Of a stretch of 49,559 nucleotides of DNA, positions 36,834 through 44,209 are shown piece by piece. The stretch lies in the IMG/VR virus record IMGVR_UViG_3300022719_000309, positions 1 through 49,559 of that record; one strand, 5' to 3'. Every line of letters starts with the position of its first letter. Position 1 is the first letter of the stretch. A program made the translations under genes and the position numbers. Origin of the DNA: a virus. Lineage: Duplodnaviria; Caudoviricetes. The notes beneath the pieces were generated by a model. It searched no databases and was not told the origin of the DNA. It saw only the letters and a program-made list of their open reading frames with translations.

Positions 36834-37780
36834 CCGAGACCAAGGCCGATGCCACCCGTCATCCGACGTACCTGAGACTCTCGCGGCGTGTCCGCCGAGC
36901 CGGATCCCGCGCGCGCACGGTGCGTGGGATCGTGACGGCGGCCCGGGAGGGACGGATCGCCGACCCCGAGCCGGAGAGAGCCGACTACGATCTGGAGGCA
37001 GTCGCGGCCGAGCACGCCTACGGTCGCGCCCGGGCCTACGCGCTCGCCTGCGGGATCGACCTGGACCCCATCGGGGCCATCGTGCGGCAGGCGTCTCCAG
37101 ACGACGCGCGACGCCGGGTCGACCTCCGCCGGGGTCTCGCGCGGATCGCCCGTGAGGCGGCGGGCTGCGACCGCCACGACTCCGTGCCGGTGGTCGTGCT
37201 CGGGGGGCGTCTTGCCTCCCGGGCGCCTGTGGAGCGCGGCGAGGGCTACGGATTCCGTTGGCTCGGCCGGTGGAAGAGCGCCCCGGGATCCTACATTCCG
37301 AGCACGCGGCGCGTCGTGGTCGGCTGGGACTGGCTCGCACGCCGCGCTCCGTCTCTCCGGTACGATCGGCCGAGCGGAGCATGGGTGCATGACCATCGTG
37401 CCGTGCATCTCCACGGATGCGTCGCCCGCTACGCCTACGATGGCCGTCGAGCGTGGCACGTCACTCTCCCGGACGGCACATGCGCGACGATCGCGCGGCG
37501 CGAGACTGCCGGCGCACGAGAGGCGATCCGACGGGTCCTGGCGGACGCCCGCCGCGCTCGGCGGGAGCACGCTCAGCACGTACACGTGTGGGTGACGCCG
37601 GAGGATTCGATCCGCGCCGGTAACTGTGCCGCCGAGACCCGGGCTATCCAGCGGAGGCTCGAGCGCGCGCTCGGTGCCGGGCCCCTGGGCGCCGTGCGGG
37701 CCGATCTACTACTCGAGATCCGGGACGATATGTATGCCCGCCGTGCGATTGTTGCGGCGGCACAGCGGGCCGCGCGATGA
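36830..37780 (+). CDS. Hypothetical protein
   Basis: AAGGAGG RBS. ATGA overlaps at both ends. Confidence 0.65.
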   Translation: MTETKADATRHPTYLRLSRRVRRAGSRARTVRGIVTAAREGRIADPEPERADYDLEAVAAEHAYGRARAYALACGIDLDPIGAIVRQASPDDARRRVDLRRGLARIAREAAGCDRHDSVPVVVLGGRLASRAPVERGEGYGFRWLGRWKSAPGSYIPSTRRVVVGWDWLARRAPSLRYDRPSGAWVHDHRAVHLHGCVARYAYDGRRAWHVTLPDGTCATIARRETAGAREAIRRVLADARRARREHAQHVHVWVTPEDSIRAGNCAAETRAIQRRLERALGAGPLGAVRADLLLEIRDDMYARRAIVAAAQRAAR

Positions 37781-37989
37781 GCACCTACGCCGCCCTCTTC
37801 CCCGACCGCCGCGAGGGAACGTGGCCCCGGGGCGTCGACGTGCGCCGGTGCCGCGAGTGCGGCCACGTCGTCGCGGCTGAGCGGTCCGAGTGCGGGCGGT
37901 GCGGCGGGGAGTCGGTGCGCAAGCCGCACGCCGATTGCCGCGGCACCGGCCGGCTAGAGCAGCCGGGGACGGGCGGGGTCGCCGGCTAG
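37777..37989 (+). CDS. Small zinc-ribbon protein
   Basis: CRECGH...CGRCGG. Its stop lies inside the tRNA-like element. Confidence 0.55.
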   Translation: MSTYAALFPDRREGTWPRGVDVRRCRECGHVVAAERSECGRCGGESVRKPHADCRGTGRLEQPGTGGVAG

Positions 37990-38037
37990 GGCCCTACACC
38001 CACAGCTTACGGGGTTCGACTCCCCGCGTCCCCACCA
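37965..38037 (+). tRNA. Atypical 73-nt tRNA-like RNA with CUA anticodon (tRNA-Pyl-like geometry)
   Basis: Acceptor GGGGACG/CGTCCCC + A + CCA. D arm GGCG-GGGT-CGCC. Anticodon arm GCT-A-GGG/CC-CTA-CA/CCC-AC-AGC. 3-nt variable loop TTA. T arm CGGGG-TTCGACT-CCCCG. Confidence 0.72.
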
Positions 38038-38537
38038 TCGCGCCCCGGGGCTTCGGCCTCGGGGCGCGCATCGTCCGGGGCGCCGGGCACGTGGCCGTCT
38101 TGTCCGGGCCACTCCGGGCCCTGGGGCGGCCGCGGCGAGTTGGTCGGGACCTCGAGGCGCCCGGCCGGCACGCCGTGCGCGTAGCGGCCCGCGTGGGAGG
38201 CGCGGTCGAGCCCCACCCCCCCGAAGCGCTGGCGCATCGTCTTCCCGAGCTCGCGCCGGCTGGCGACGAGCCGCGCGGCCGGGCATCCCTGCTTGGGCGG
38301 CTGCGCGCCGAGGGCGGGGACCAGGTCGGTCGGCCGCACGCCGAGCGCGACCGCGACGCGCGCCAGGGCGCCCAGCGGCACGCGGTCAATCTGTCCGCGG
38401 TCGATGAGTCGCAGCGTGTGCGACGTGACCCCCGAGAGGGCCTCAACGTCCGTCACCCGCAGCCCCCAGGCGTTCCGGACGCGGGTGAGCTGCCCCGGCC
38501 TCCCCCCGACCGCGCGCGCGCGCCGGCCCTTCGCCAA
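38007..38537 (-). CDS. XRE-family HTH repressor candidate
   Basis: LTRVRNAWGLRVTDVEALSGVTSHTLRLIDRG...LARVAVALGVRPTDL. The perfect operator lies just upstream. Confidence 0.75.
   Translation of the reverse strand: MAKGRRARAVGGRPGQLTRVRNAWGLRVTDVEALSGVTSHTLRLIDRGQIDRVPLGALARVAVALGVRPTDLVPALGAQPPKQGCPAARLVASRRELGKTMRQRFGGVGLDRASHAGRYAHGVPAGRLEVPTNSPRPPQGPEWPGQDGHVPGAPDDARPEAEAPGRDGGDAGSRTP
38039..38068 (+). terminator. Stable hairpin with C(UUCG)G loop after the tRNA-like gene
   Basis: CGCGCCCCGGGGC-TTCG-GCCTCGGGGCGCG. No U-tract. Lies at the convergence of two transcription units. Confidence 0.55.
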
Positions 38538-38539
38538 GC

Positions 38540-38568
38540 TTGCACTCCTCTACCCGTAGAGTTATCCT
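38540..38568 (+). promoter_or_regulatory. Sigma70-type promoter with perfect operator (CTCTACCCGTAGAG, 38548-38561) in the spacer
   Basis: TTGCAC-17 bp-TATCCT. Confidence 0.75.
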
Positions 38569-38572
38569 CGCC

Positions 38573-38636
38573 TCGGGTCGCGGTAGTGCGGCCCGAAGCT
38601 ACAGTCGGGTCGCGGTAGTGCGGCCCGAAGCTACAG
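38573..38636 (+). repeat. Perfect 2 x 32-bp tandem repeat, each unit a hairpin
   Basis: TCGGGTCGCGGTAGTGCGGCCCGAAGCTACAG twice. Confidence 0.95.
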
Positions 38637-38776
38637 GGGGAACCTACCTCGTCGGGCTGCGCGTCGACTAGCGCCCCGGCCAACCCGGGGGGGAGGGTCG
38701 GGGCGGCGCCCCGCGCGGGAAGGTCTCGCGCGGGGCGCTCTCGTATGCGCGAGAGGCCGACTTGACGGCTGTGCTA

Positions 38777-38790
38777 CTCTACCCATGGAG
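38777..38790. promoter_or_regulatory. Palindromic operator copy 5 (CTCTACCCATGGAG)
   Basis: Identical to copy 3. Overlaps TGcTACTCT. Confidence 0.65.
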
Positions 38791-38830
38791 GCCGCGCGAG
38801 TGCGGCCCATTTCAACCGACAGGGGGAACC

Positions 38831-39076
38831 ATGGATACGTCAGAAATCGTGCGCCGAGAGCTGGGGGAGGGCGCGGAGGAGTCGCGCTGTCTCTGGCAGC
38901 TCGCGCCACGGGAGCTGCCCGCGGACGCGCCCTGCATGGCGCTGGAGATGTGGCAGGACGCGAAGGGTCTCGTGTTCTTCCAATTCTTCGTCAAGCAGGA
39001 GTGTCGCACCGACGCGCGGTGGTGGGACGCCATCGATAGCTACACCGTGTTCCGCGAGGCGAGGCTCGCGGGGTAG
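38831..39076 (+). CDS. Hypothetical protein
   Basis: AGGGGG RBS. Downstream of an operator. Confidence 0.6.
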   Translation: MDTSEIVRRELGEGAEESRCLWQLAPRELPADAPCMALEMWQDAKGLVFFQFFVKQECRTDARWWDAIDSYTVFREARLAG

Positions 39077-39088
39077 CTACGGGACCAT

Positions 39089-39775
39089 CTACCGCGCGGC
39101 TCGCGCCCCCGTCGGCAGGGTGTCGGCGGGGGCGCTCTCGTTCGGGGGCGCGACGCTGCGCGCCATCGCGAGGAGCACGTCGCGGAAGGGCAGCGGCGTC
39201 GCGCTGCGCTCGCGCTTGCCGAGTCGCCCCTCGAGCACATCGGCGGGGAGCCGCGGCCCGCGCACGCGCTGGCGCTCCTCGCGGGAGTGGAATCCACGGT
39301 CGAGCCGCACCCCCACGCGCGCCGGCCCCCACGTGAGCGAGGGCAGCTCGCACCCAACGGCGTATAGCCACGTGGCCTTACGCGCGGCGTGTCCGTAGTG
39401 GCCCTGCTCGACGCAGCACGTCCACCCCTCGTCGGAGAGGCCCGCGCGAATCCACCCCCCGGAGCGCGGGGGCGGCGCGATGCCGAACGCGCGCCATGCG
39501 TGCGACGCCTCGGGGTGCTCGAGCACGCCCCCCCACGTGCGGACCGCGGCGAGCGCAGCGGCGAAGCAGCCCCCATCGTCCCCCAGCTTGCGGCGCACCT
39601 TCGCGGACGGACCGCCGCTCCAGTACCGCCCCCAGCGCGCGCAGGGCGGGTGCGCGACGACAGGATGCGGGCCCGCGTAGGCGCGCGCGTCACGCTCCTC
39701 GCCCCACGCTTCCACGCCGGCCAGGTCGGCATACACCCCGCGCGGATCAACGTAGAGAGCGGCGACGGTGCTCAT
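39089..39775 (-). CDS. DNA cytosine methyltransferase-like protein (HPPC type)
   Basis: GGAGGAG RBS. DAR.Y.G, VAHPPC, VLEHP, Q..YGH.ARKATWLY and RSATP..F motifs. Confidence 0.65.
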   Translation of the reverse strand: MSTVAALYVDPRGVYADLAGVEAWGEERDARAYAGPHPVVAHPPCARWGRYWSGGPSAKVRRKLGDDGGCFAAALAAVRTWGGVLEHPEASHAWRAFGIAPPPRSGGWIRAGLSDEGWTCCVEQGHYGHAARKATWLYAVGCELPSLTWGPARVGVRLDRGFHSREERQRVRGPRLPADVLEGRLGKRERSATPLPFRDVLLAMARSVAPPNESAPADTLPTGARAAR

Positions 39776-39786
39776 GGTCTTGACTC

Positions 39787-39800
39787 CTCCACCCGTAGAG
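39787..39800. promoter_or_regulatory. Palindromic operator copy 6 (CTCCACCCGTAGAG) within TTGACT-17-TATGCG
   Basis: 13/14 match, between divergent genes. Confidence 0.7.
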
Positions 39801-39811
39801 GGTATGCGACG

Positions 39812-40219
39812 ATGGCCGTTGCGTTCCTCGCGGTCCCCATGCTGCGCGCCGCGGTGCGCGAGTGCGGCGAGAGCGCCGCGACGCTGGGGGGCAGCGAGCG
39901 GGGCGACGCGCTGTGGTCGATGCTGCTGCGGATGGCGCAGCTCGGCGTGGTCGGATGCTGCCGCGACGTCGTCGAGGAGCGCCGGACGCCCCACGGCGTC
40001 CCCATCCGCTGGCGCGTCCCCGACGGACGCATGGTCTCCGTCGAGCGGCCGCCGGAGGGCTCGCTCCGCGTGGGGCTCGACATGGTCGAGTACACCCCCG
40101 ACCACCGGGCGGAGCGGGAGACCGGACGCTGGGCGCTCGTCCCGATGGCGATGGACGAGGCCGACCTCGCCACGCACGCGGCGGAGTCGCGCGCCCACCA
40201 CGAGGCGAGCGGCCGCTAG
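39812..40219 (+). CDS. Hypothetical protein
   Basis: ATG just after the promoter/operator. Confidence 0.5.
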   Translation: MAVAFLAVPMLRAAVRECGESAATLGGSERGDALWSMLLRMAQLGVVGCCRDVVEERRTPHGVPIRWRVPDGRMVSVERPPEGSLRVGLDMVEYTPDHRAERETGRWALVPMAMDEADLATHAAESRAHHEASGR

Positions 40220-40575
40220 CCCCCGCGCTCGCCGCCCTCCCCTGCGCCCCCGGTGCTCTCGGCCGGGGGCGCTTCACGTTCGGCCCCCAGCGCCGCGCGT
40301 GCCACCCGCTCGGCCAGCGCTGCCGGCAGCCCCAGACGCGACCGCCGCGCACGCCCCAGCTCGGCCGCCACGATCGCCCATGCCGCGGTCGCCATCGGCA
40401 CGCCCCATGCCTCCGCCACGAGGGCGAGGTCCTCGCGGTCGCAGGGGCGCAACCGGATGCGCACCCCGTCCGCCCAAGAGCGCCGCTCGAACCAGCGCGA
40501 CTGCCGCTCCGAGCGCCCACGTTCGCCGCTGCCGGGCGATCGGTCGGGGGTGGAGGGAGCAGGGCCAGACACCAC
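40216..40575 (-). CDS. Putative ribbon-helix-helix DNA-binding protein (start uncertain)
   Basis: VRIRLRPCDREDLALVAEAWGVPMATAAWAIV fits the RHH strand-helix-G-helix pattern. Confidence 0.45.
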   Translation of the reverse strand: MVSGPAPSTPDRSPGSGERGRSERQSRWFERRSWADGVRIRLRPCDREDLALVAEAWGVPMATAAWAIVAAELGRARRSRLGLPAALAERVARAALGAEREAPPAESTGGAGEGGERGG

Positions 40576-40678
40576 GCCCAGCGTACCGCAGTGGTGGAAG
40601 GGGGCGGAGGGGGCGGGCGCTCTCCTCCCGGCAGGCGCGTCCGCCCCGTGGGCAGGCAGCCAGGAGCGCCCCCGGCCT

Positions 40679-40707
40679 ACTTGACATAATGGAATGTTAT
40701 CGGACGT
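40679..40707 (-). other. XerCD dif-like recombination site
   Basis: Minus strand reads ACGTCCGATAA-CATTCCA-TTATGTCAAGT: XerC-like arm, 7-bp centre, XerD-like arm. AT-rich island in a non-coding region. Confidence 0.8.
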
Positions 40708-41137
40708 GCTGTGGTGGAAGCCGAGCGATTCCGGGGGCTTGGGCGACCGCAGGGAGGGCGGCCCAGGTCCGCCAGCAGCGCGGGGAGGGGGGAGGGGGCC
40801 CCACTTTCGCCCAGGAACGGGGCCCCGGGGCACCTCGAGCGGGGCCCACGCCCAGGTTCCTCGATCATTTCGGGCCCCATCCCCGCCCGCTCCACCCGGG
40901 CGACGATAGGCCCGTCCGATCACCCCCTTCTTCACTGATCGACGGAGCCGATCAACGGATTTCCCCCCATTCCGCCCAGGGGCCCCGCGACCCCCCTCCC
41001 CTCGAAGCCTTCCGGCGCCCTGGACGTCGCCGGACTCGCGCGCGGCGAGCTCGGAAGCGGCCCGCGAAGCCTCCTGGCGGAGCGCGAATGGCCCTCGAGC
41101 AGCGCGGTGCGAGCGCGCTGGCGTCACCGGCGAGGCG

Positions 41138-41153
41138 CATTCCACGTGGAACG
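41138..41153. other. parS-like palindrome
   Basis: CATTCCACGTGGAACG vs parS-type TGTTCCACGTGGAACA (13/16, core TTCCACGTGGAA exact). Confidence 0.55.
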
Positions 41154-41606
41154 AGGGGCCTCGAAGAGGCGAACAGGAGGCGAAGCCGGGTCCGGGATGC
41201 AGCGGTGACCAGGTCTGGCGCGGGCTGCGGTCGCAACTTACGTTGCTATTGTCGCGGAATCGTTGTGGAATCCGCGGCGGACGGCGTCTTCGGAGGGCAG
41301 CTCGTCGAGCGGTTGTGCGGGGCCCGAGGTCCCTCACCAGCCGACCGTCGCTTCCCACTCGCACTCGCGGCTTGGGTGGTCTTCACCCCGGGGAGCCCTC
41401 GCTCCGCACCCGCCGGCGACCTGGTCTGCGCGGGCGCGTGGCCCGCGGCTTCCGAGGGTTCTCGCCGGAGGCCCGCCAGTCCCCGCGTCCCGAGCGGGGC
41501 CGCCTGCGCGTCCGCGCGCTGGCTCGAGCTGCCTTCCTGCACTACCTCACCCCCTTGGCGAAGAGCAGGCCACCGATTCTGCGCCCACCCGGCCCGGCTG
41601 GCAAGA

Positions 41607-41640
41607 GCTACAGATCCCGTAGCGCTACGCATTCCGTAGC
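41607..41640. repeat. Two abutting GCTAC-N7-GTAGC palindromes
   Basis: GCTACAGATCCCGTAGC followed by GCTACGCATTCCGTAGC. Confidence 0.7.
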
Positions 41641-41990
41641 GTCTTGCGCGCCCGCGCGGGTTGGGGCACCCTGCGGGCTTCGAGTACGACCTTTCTGCAC
41701 AGCATCCATTCCCCTGCACTTCGCCCCTGCTGGGACCTCCCGGCAGGGGTGTTGTGTATCCAGGGACCGTGGTACGATGCGGGCGAGCCGCGCGGCGCAC
41801 CGCCCATGCCGTCGTTCCTCGAGCGCGAGGCGAGGGGCAGATGGGGGTCGGTGGCGTGACGCCGCGGAGGCTCCCTCACGCACCCCGCGAGAGCGGAGGC
41901 GCACCCCGGGGCTGGAGGGCACCCGGGGTGCGCTACGTTCGGGGCCATGGAGCTCGCCCGGCTCTCCGCGTGGAAGGCGCAGCCAGCACC

Positions 41991-42254
41991 GTGACGGGCG
42001 GCCGACCCGCGCTGCACGCGATCGAGGGCGACCGCGAGCGCACCGTGCGCCGCGCGTTCGCGGACCTCGAGCGCGAGGTCTCCGGCCACCCCGACATCCG
42101 CGGCTGCGTGCTCGTCGCCTTCGACGACGCGGGCGAGGTCATCATCTGGAACGTGGGCGCCACCACGCTCGAGGCCCACGGCGCGCTCGCGCGCGCGCTC
42201 GTGAGGATCGCCACCGAGCCCGGGAGCCCCACGCCCCCCGCCGACGACGAGTAG
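41991..42254 (+). CDS. Hypothetical protein
   Basis: Protein-like C-terminal part of the ORF. Start uncertain. Confidence 0.55.
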   Translation: MTGGRPALHAIEGDRERTVRRAFADLEREVSGHPDIRGCVLVAFDDAGEVIIWNVGATTLEAHGALARALVRIATEPGSPTPPADDE

Positions 42255-42264
42255 GAGGAACGCC

Positions 42265-42330
42265 ATGCCGTGCGCAGGCTACGGGAAGAAGGGCAAGGGC
42301 AAGAAGGGCAAGGGCGGCAAGGGCCGCTGA
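42265..42330 (+). CDS. 21-aa Lys/Gly-rich peptide MPCAGYGKKGKGKKGKGGKGR
   Basis: AGGAGG RBS at canonical spacing. Confidence 0.65.
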   Translation: MPCAGYGKKGKGKKGKGGKGR

Positions 42331-42413
42331 CCGCACAACCCAACCCGGAGGGCCCGGCGCGGCCCCGCCAGTCCGCGCCGGGCCCGTTGACCCGGGTCGC
42401 CCCCCTGTGGTAC

Positions 42414-42427
42414 CTCTACCCGTTGAG
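42414..42427. promoter_or_regulatory. Palindromic operator copy 7 (CTCTACCCGTTGAG)
   Basis: 13/14 match. Downstream of TTGACC (42387) and overlapping TGgTACCT. Confidence 0.7.
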
Positions 42428-42440
42428 GGGGTAGGGCACG

Positions 42441-42806
42441 ATGAACACCACGCGACGCAGCTTCATGGCGCTGCTGGCCGGCGGTGTCGGCGCCATCGTC
42501 GCGCGCGCGTTCGGCCAGGTGGGCCAGCCCGGCCAGCCCGTCCCCGTCCCCACGCCGGAGCCCGACGACGAGGTCGTGGCGCTGGGCGACGTCATCCCGA
42601 ACGTCTGGCGCTACGAGAGCCCCTACGGCGAGCTCGACATCAAGCTCGCCTGCCACTACTACGGCCACGCCTACCGCCGCGGCCGCTGCGTCGACTGCGG
42701 CCACCCGAATGCCGCCTACGCGGGCGCCAAGTCGACGCGCATCGAGCGGCGGGCCCTCGTCTACGACCCGGACGACCCCTACGTCTACGAGGACGTGGTG
42801 GCGTGA
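42441..42806 (+). CDS. Protein with twin-arginine (Tat)-like signal and Cys/His cluster
   Basis: MNTTRRSFMALLAGGVGAIVA. C...GH.Y..GRCVDCGH. Confidence 0.6.
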   Translation: MNTTRRSFMALLAGGVGAIVARAFGQVGQPGQPVPVPTPEPDDEVVALGDVIPNVWRYESPYGELDIKLACHYYGHAYRRGRCVDCGHPNAAYAGAKSTRIERRALVYDPDDPYVYEDVVA

Positions 42807-43024
42807 CCGACGCCCAGCCCCAGCCGATCGGCTCCGTCCCCCACGTCCACGTCGTGCGCGAGGAGGGCGCCCTGCGCGGGGAGTGCCGCGCCTGCGGGAG
42901 CCAGGAGATCATCGAGACCGCCGCCCAGGCGGAGCGCCGTGGGGTGTCGCTCACGTGGTTCAAGGACGCCAAGGCGTTCACCGGCAAGCACCAGCGGTGC
43001 GGGACCAGAGAGGAGAGCGCATGA
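42803..43024 (+). CDS. Small zinc-binding hypothetical protein
   Basis: CRACG...H..C. Coupled overlaps. Confidence 0.55.
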   Translation: MTDAQPQPIGSVPHVHVVREEGALRGECRACGSQEIIETAAQAERRGVSLTWFKDAKAFTGKHQRCGTREESA

Positions 43025-43278
43025 AGGCCATCGGCTTCTACTGGTGGTGGGACCACGAGACCGCCGGATGGACGGTCGTCGAGGTCGTCAACACGCTTCC
43101 CCGGACGCCCGGCCGGACCGGCCTCACCCAAGAGGCGCGGACCACCGACGGGCGCGCGTTCAACCCCGGCCGCGAGGACGTGGAGCTGCGGGGACCGCTC
43201 GCCCCTCCCGCGCCGCCGCGCGCGACGTTCTGGGACCGCCTCCGCGAGTGGTGGCAGTCCCGGCAGGAGGGCTCATGA
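43021..43278 (+). CDS. Hypothetical protein
   Basis: ATGA overlaps. GFYWW motif. Confidence 0.55.
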   Translation: MKAIGFYWWWDHETAGWTVVEVVNTLPRTPGRTGLTQEARTTDGRAFNPGREDVELRGPLAPPAPPRATFWDRLREWWQSRQEGS

Positions 43279-43565
43279 CCGAGGACCACGACGCCGAGAA
43301 CGAGCGGGAGCTGGGCGAGGCAACCGCCGCCATGCAGCCGCCCCAGGGCTCCGGGGAGGAGGTGCTCTCGCGCTTCTCCTACAAGCGCCCCAGCGAGACG
43401 GGCGCGGCCCGACACGTGCGGCTCACGCGCTACTTCGAGGAGGTGGCGAGCTTGGTGCTCGAGGTCGTCCCGCCCGGCCGCGAGCAGAGCCTCACCCTCA
43501 CCAAGCTCGAGGAGGCCAAGATGTGGGCCTCGGCGGGCGTCGCGCGCAACCCGGAGACGCGATGA
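43275..43565 (+). CDS. Acb2/Tad1-like hairpin protein (candidate anti-defence nucleotide sponge)
   Basis: F.Y..P...P.GREQSLTLTKLEEAKMWASAGVAR. Confidence 0.68.
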   Translation: MTEDHDAENERELGEATAAMQPPQGSGEEVLSRFSYKRPSETGAARHVRLTRYFEEVASLVLEVVPPGREQSLTLTKLEEAKMWASAGVARNPETR

Positions 43566-44209
43566 CGAGCGCCGCGGAGAAAATCGGCGTGTTCCCCTGC
43601 GTCGAGGTCGCGGACAAGGCCGTGCGCGTGTACGACAAGAGAGGGGTGCTCGTCCGTGATCTCTACTCTCCCCACCCCACCGCTTGGGCGCTCGTGGACC
43701 AGCGCTCGCCCAAAGTCCGGGTGAGCCGCACCTACCGCGTCGGGGGCTTCACCGAGACCATGGCCGGCGCCGCCGTGGAGGACCGCATGGCCGACGCGCG
43801 CGCCGAGGAGGCGACGGAGATGGCCTTCGGAGAGGAGGCGTACGAGGAGCTCGCGGACGACCGGCTCTTCGGGAAGTCCACGCTCGAGAGCGACGCCGAG
43901 CGCGAGCGGCAGCGGGCGCGAACGGAGCGCAACGAGCTCCTCATCGAGGGGTTGTACCGCGCGAGGGCAGCCGCCGCCGAGGCCGTGGCCGAGGAGCCCG
44001 CCGAGGACAACTGGCGACACCGCTCCGCCACGATGCGCTGCCGGACGTGCATGTACTACGTGCCGAAGGGCGACGTGCAGCTCGAGAAGGACGGTGGCGA
44101 GGTGTCCCTCGGCCGCTGCCGGCGCCGCGCACCCACGCTCGACGGCTGGCCCGCGGTCTACGATGACGACTGGTGCGGCGACCACAAGCTCGACGCGGAG
44201 AAGGCTTGA
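43562..44209 (+). CDS. Hypothetical protein with C-terminal Cys domain
   Basis: CRTCMYY...GRCRRRAP...WPAV..DDWCGDH. Confidence 0.65.
   Translation: MTSAAEKIGVFPCVEVADKAVRVYDKRGVLVRDLYSPHPTAWALVDQRSPKVRVSRTYRVGGFTETMAGAAVEDRMADARAEEATEMAFGEEAYEELADDRLFGKSTLESDAERERQRARTERNELLIEGLYRARAAAAEAVAEEPAEDNWRHRSATMRCRTCMYYVPKGDVQLEKDGGEVSLGRCRRRAPTLDGWPAVYDDDWCGDHKLDAEKA

Noticed and set aside
37965-38037. tmRNA or a mere attP fragment
   Set aside because: Both acceptor strands lie within 73 nt with complete D and anticodon arms, there is no G3-U70 pair or tag frame, and no integrase is nearby.
38573-38636. CRISPR array
   Set aside because: Only two abutting units, with no spacer and no cas genes.
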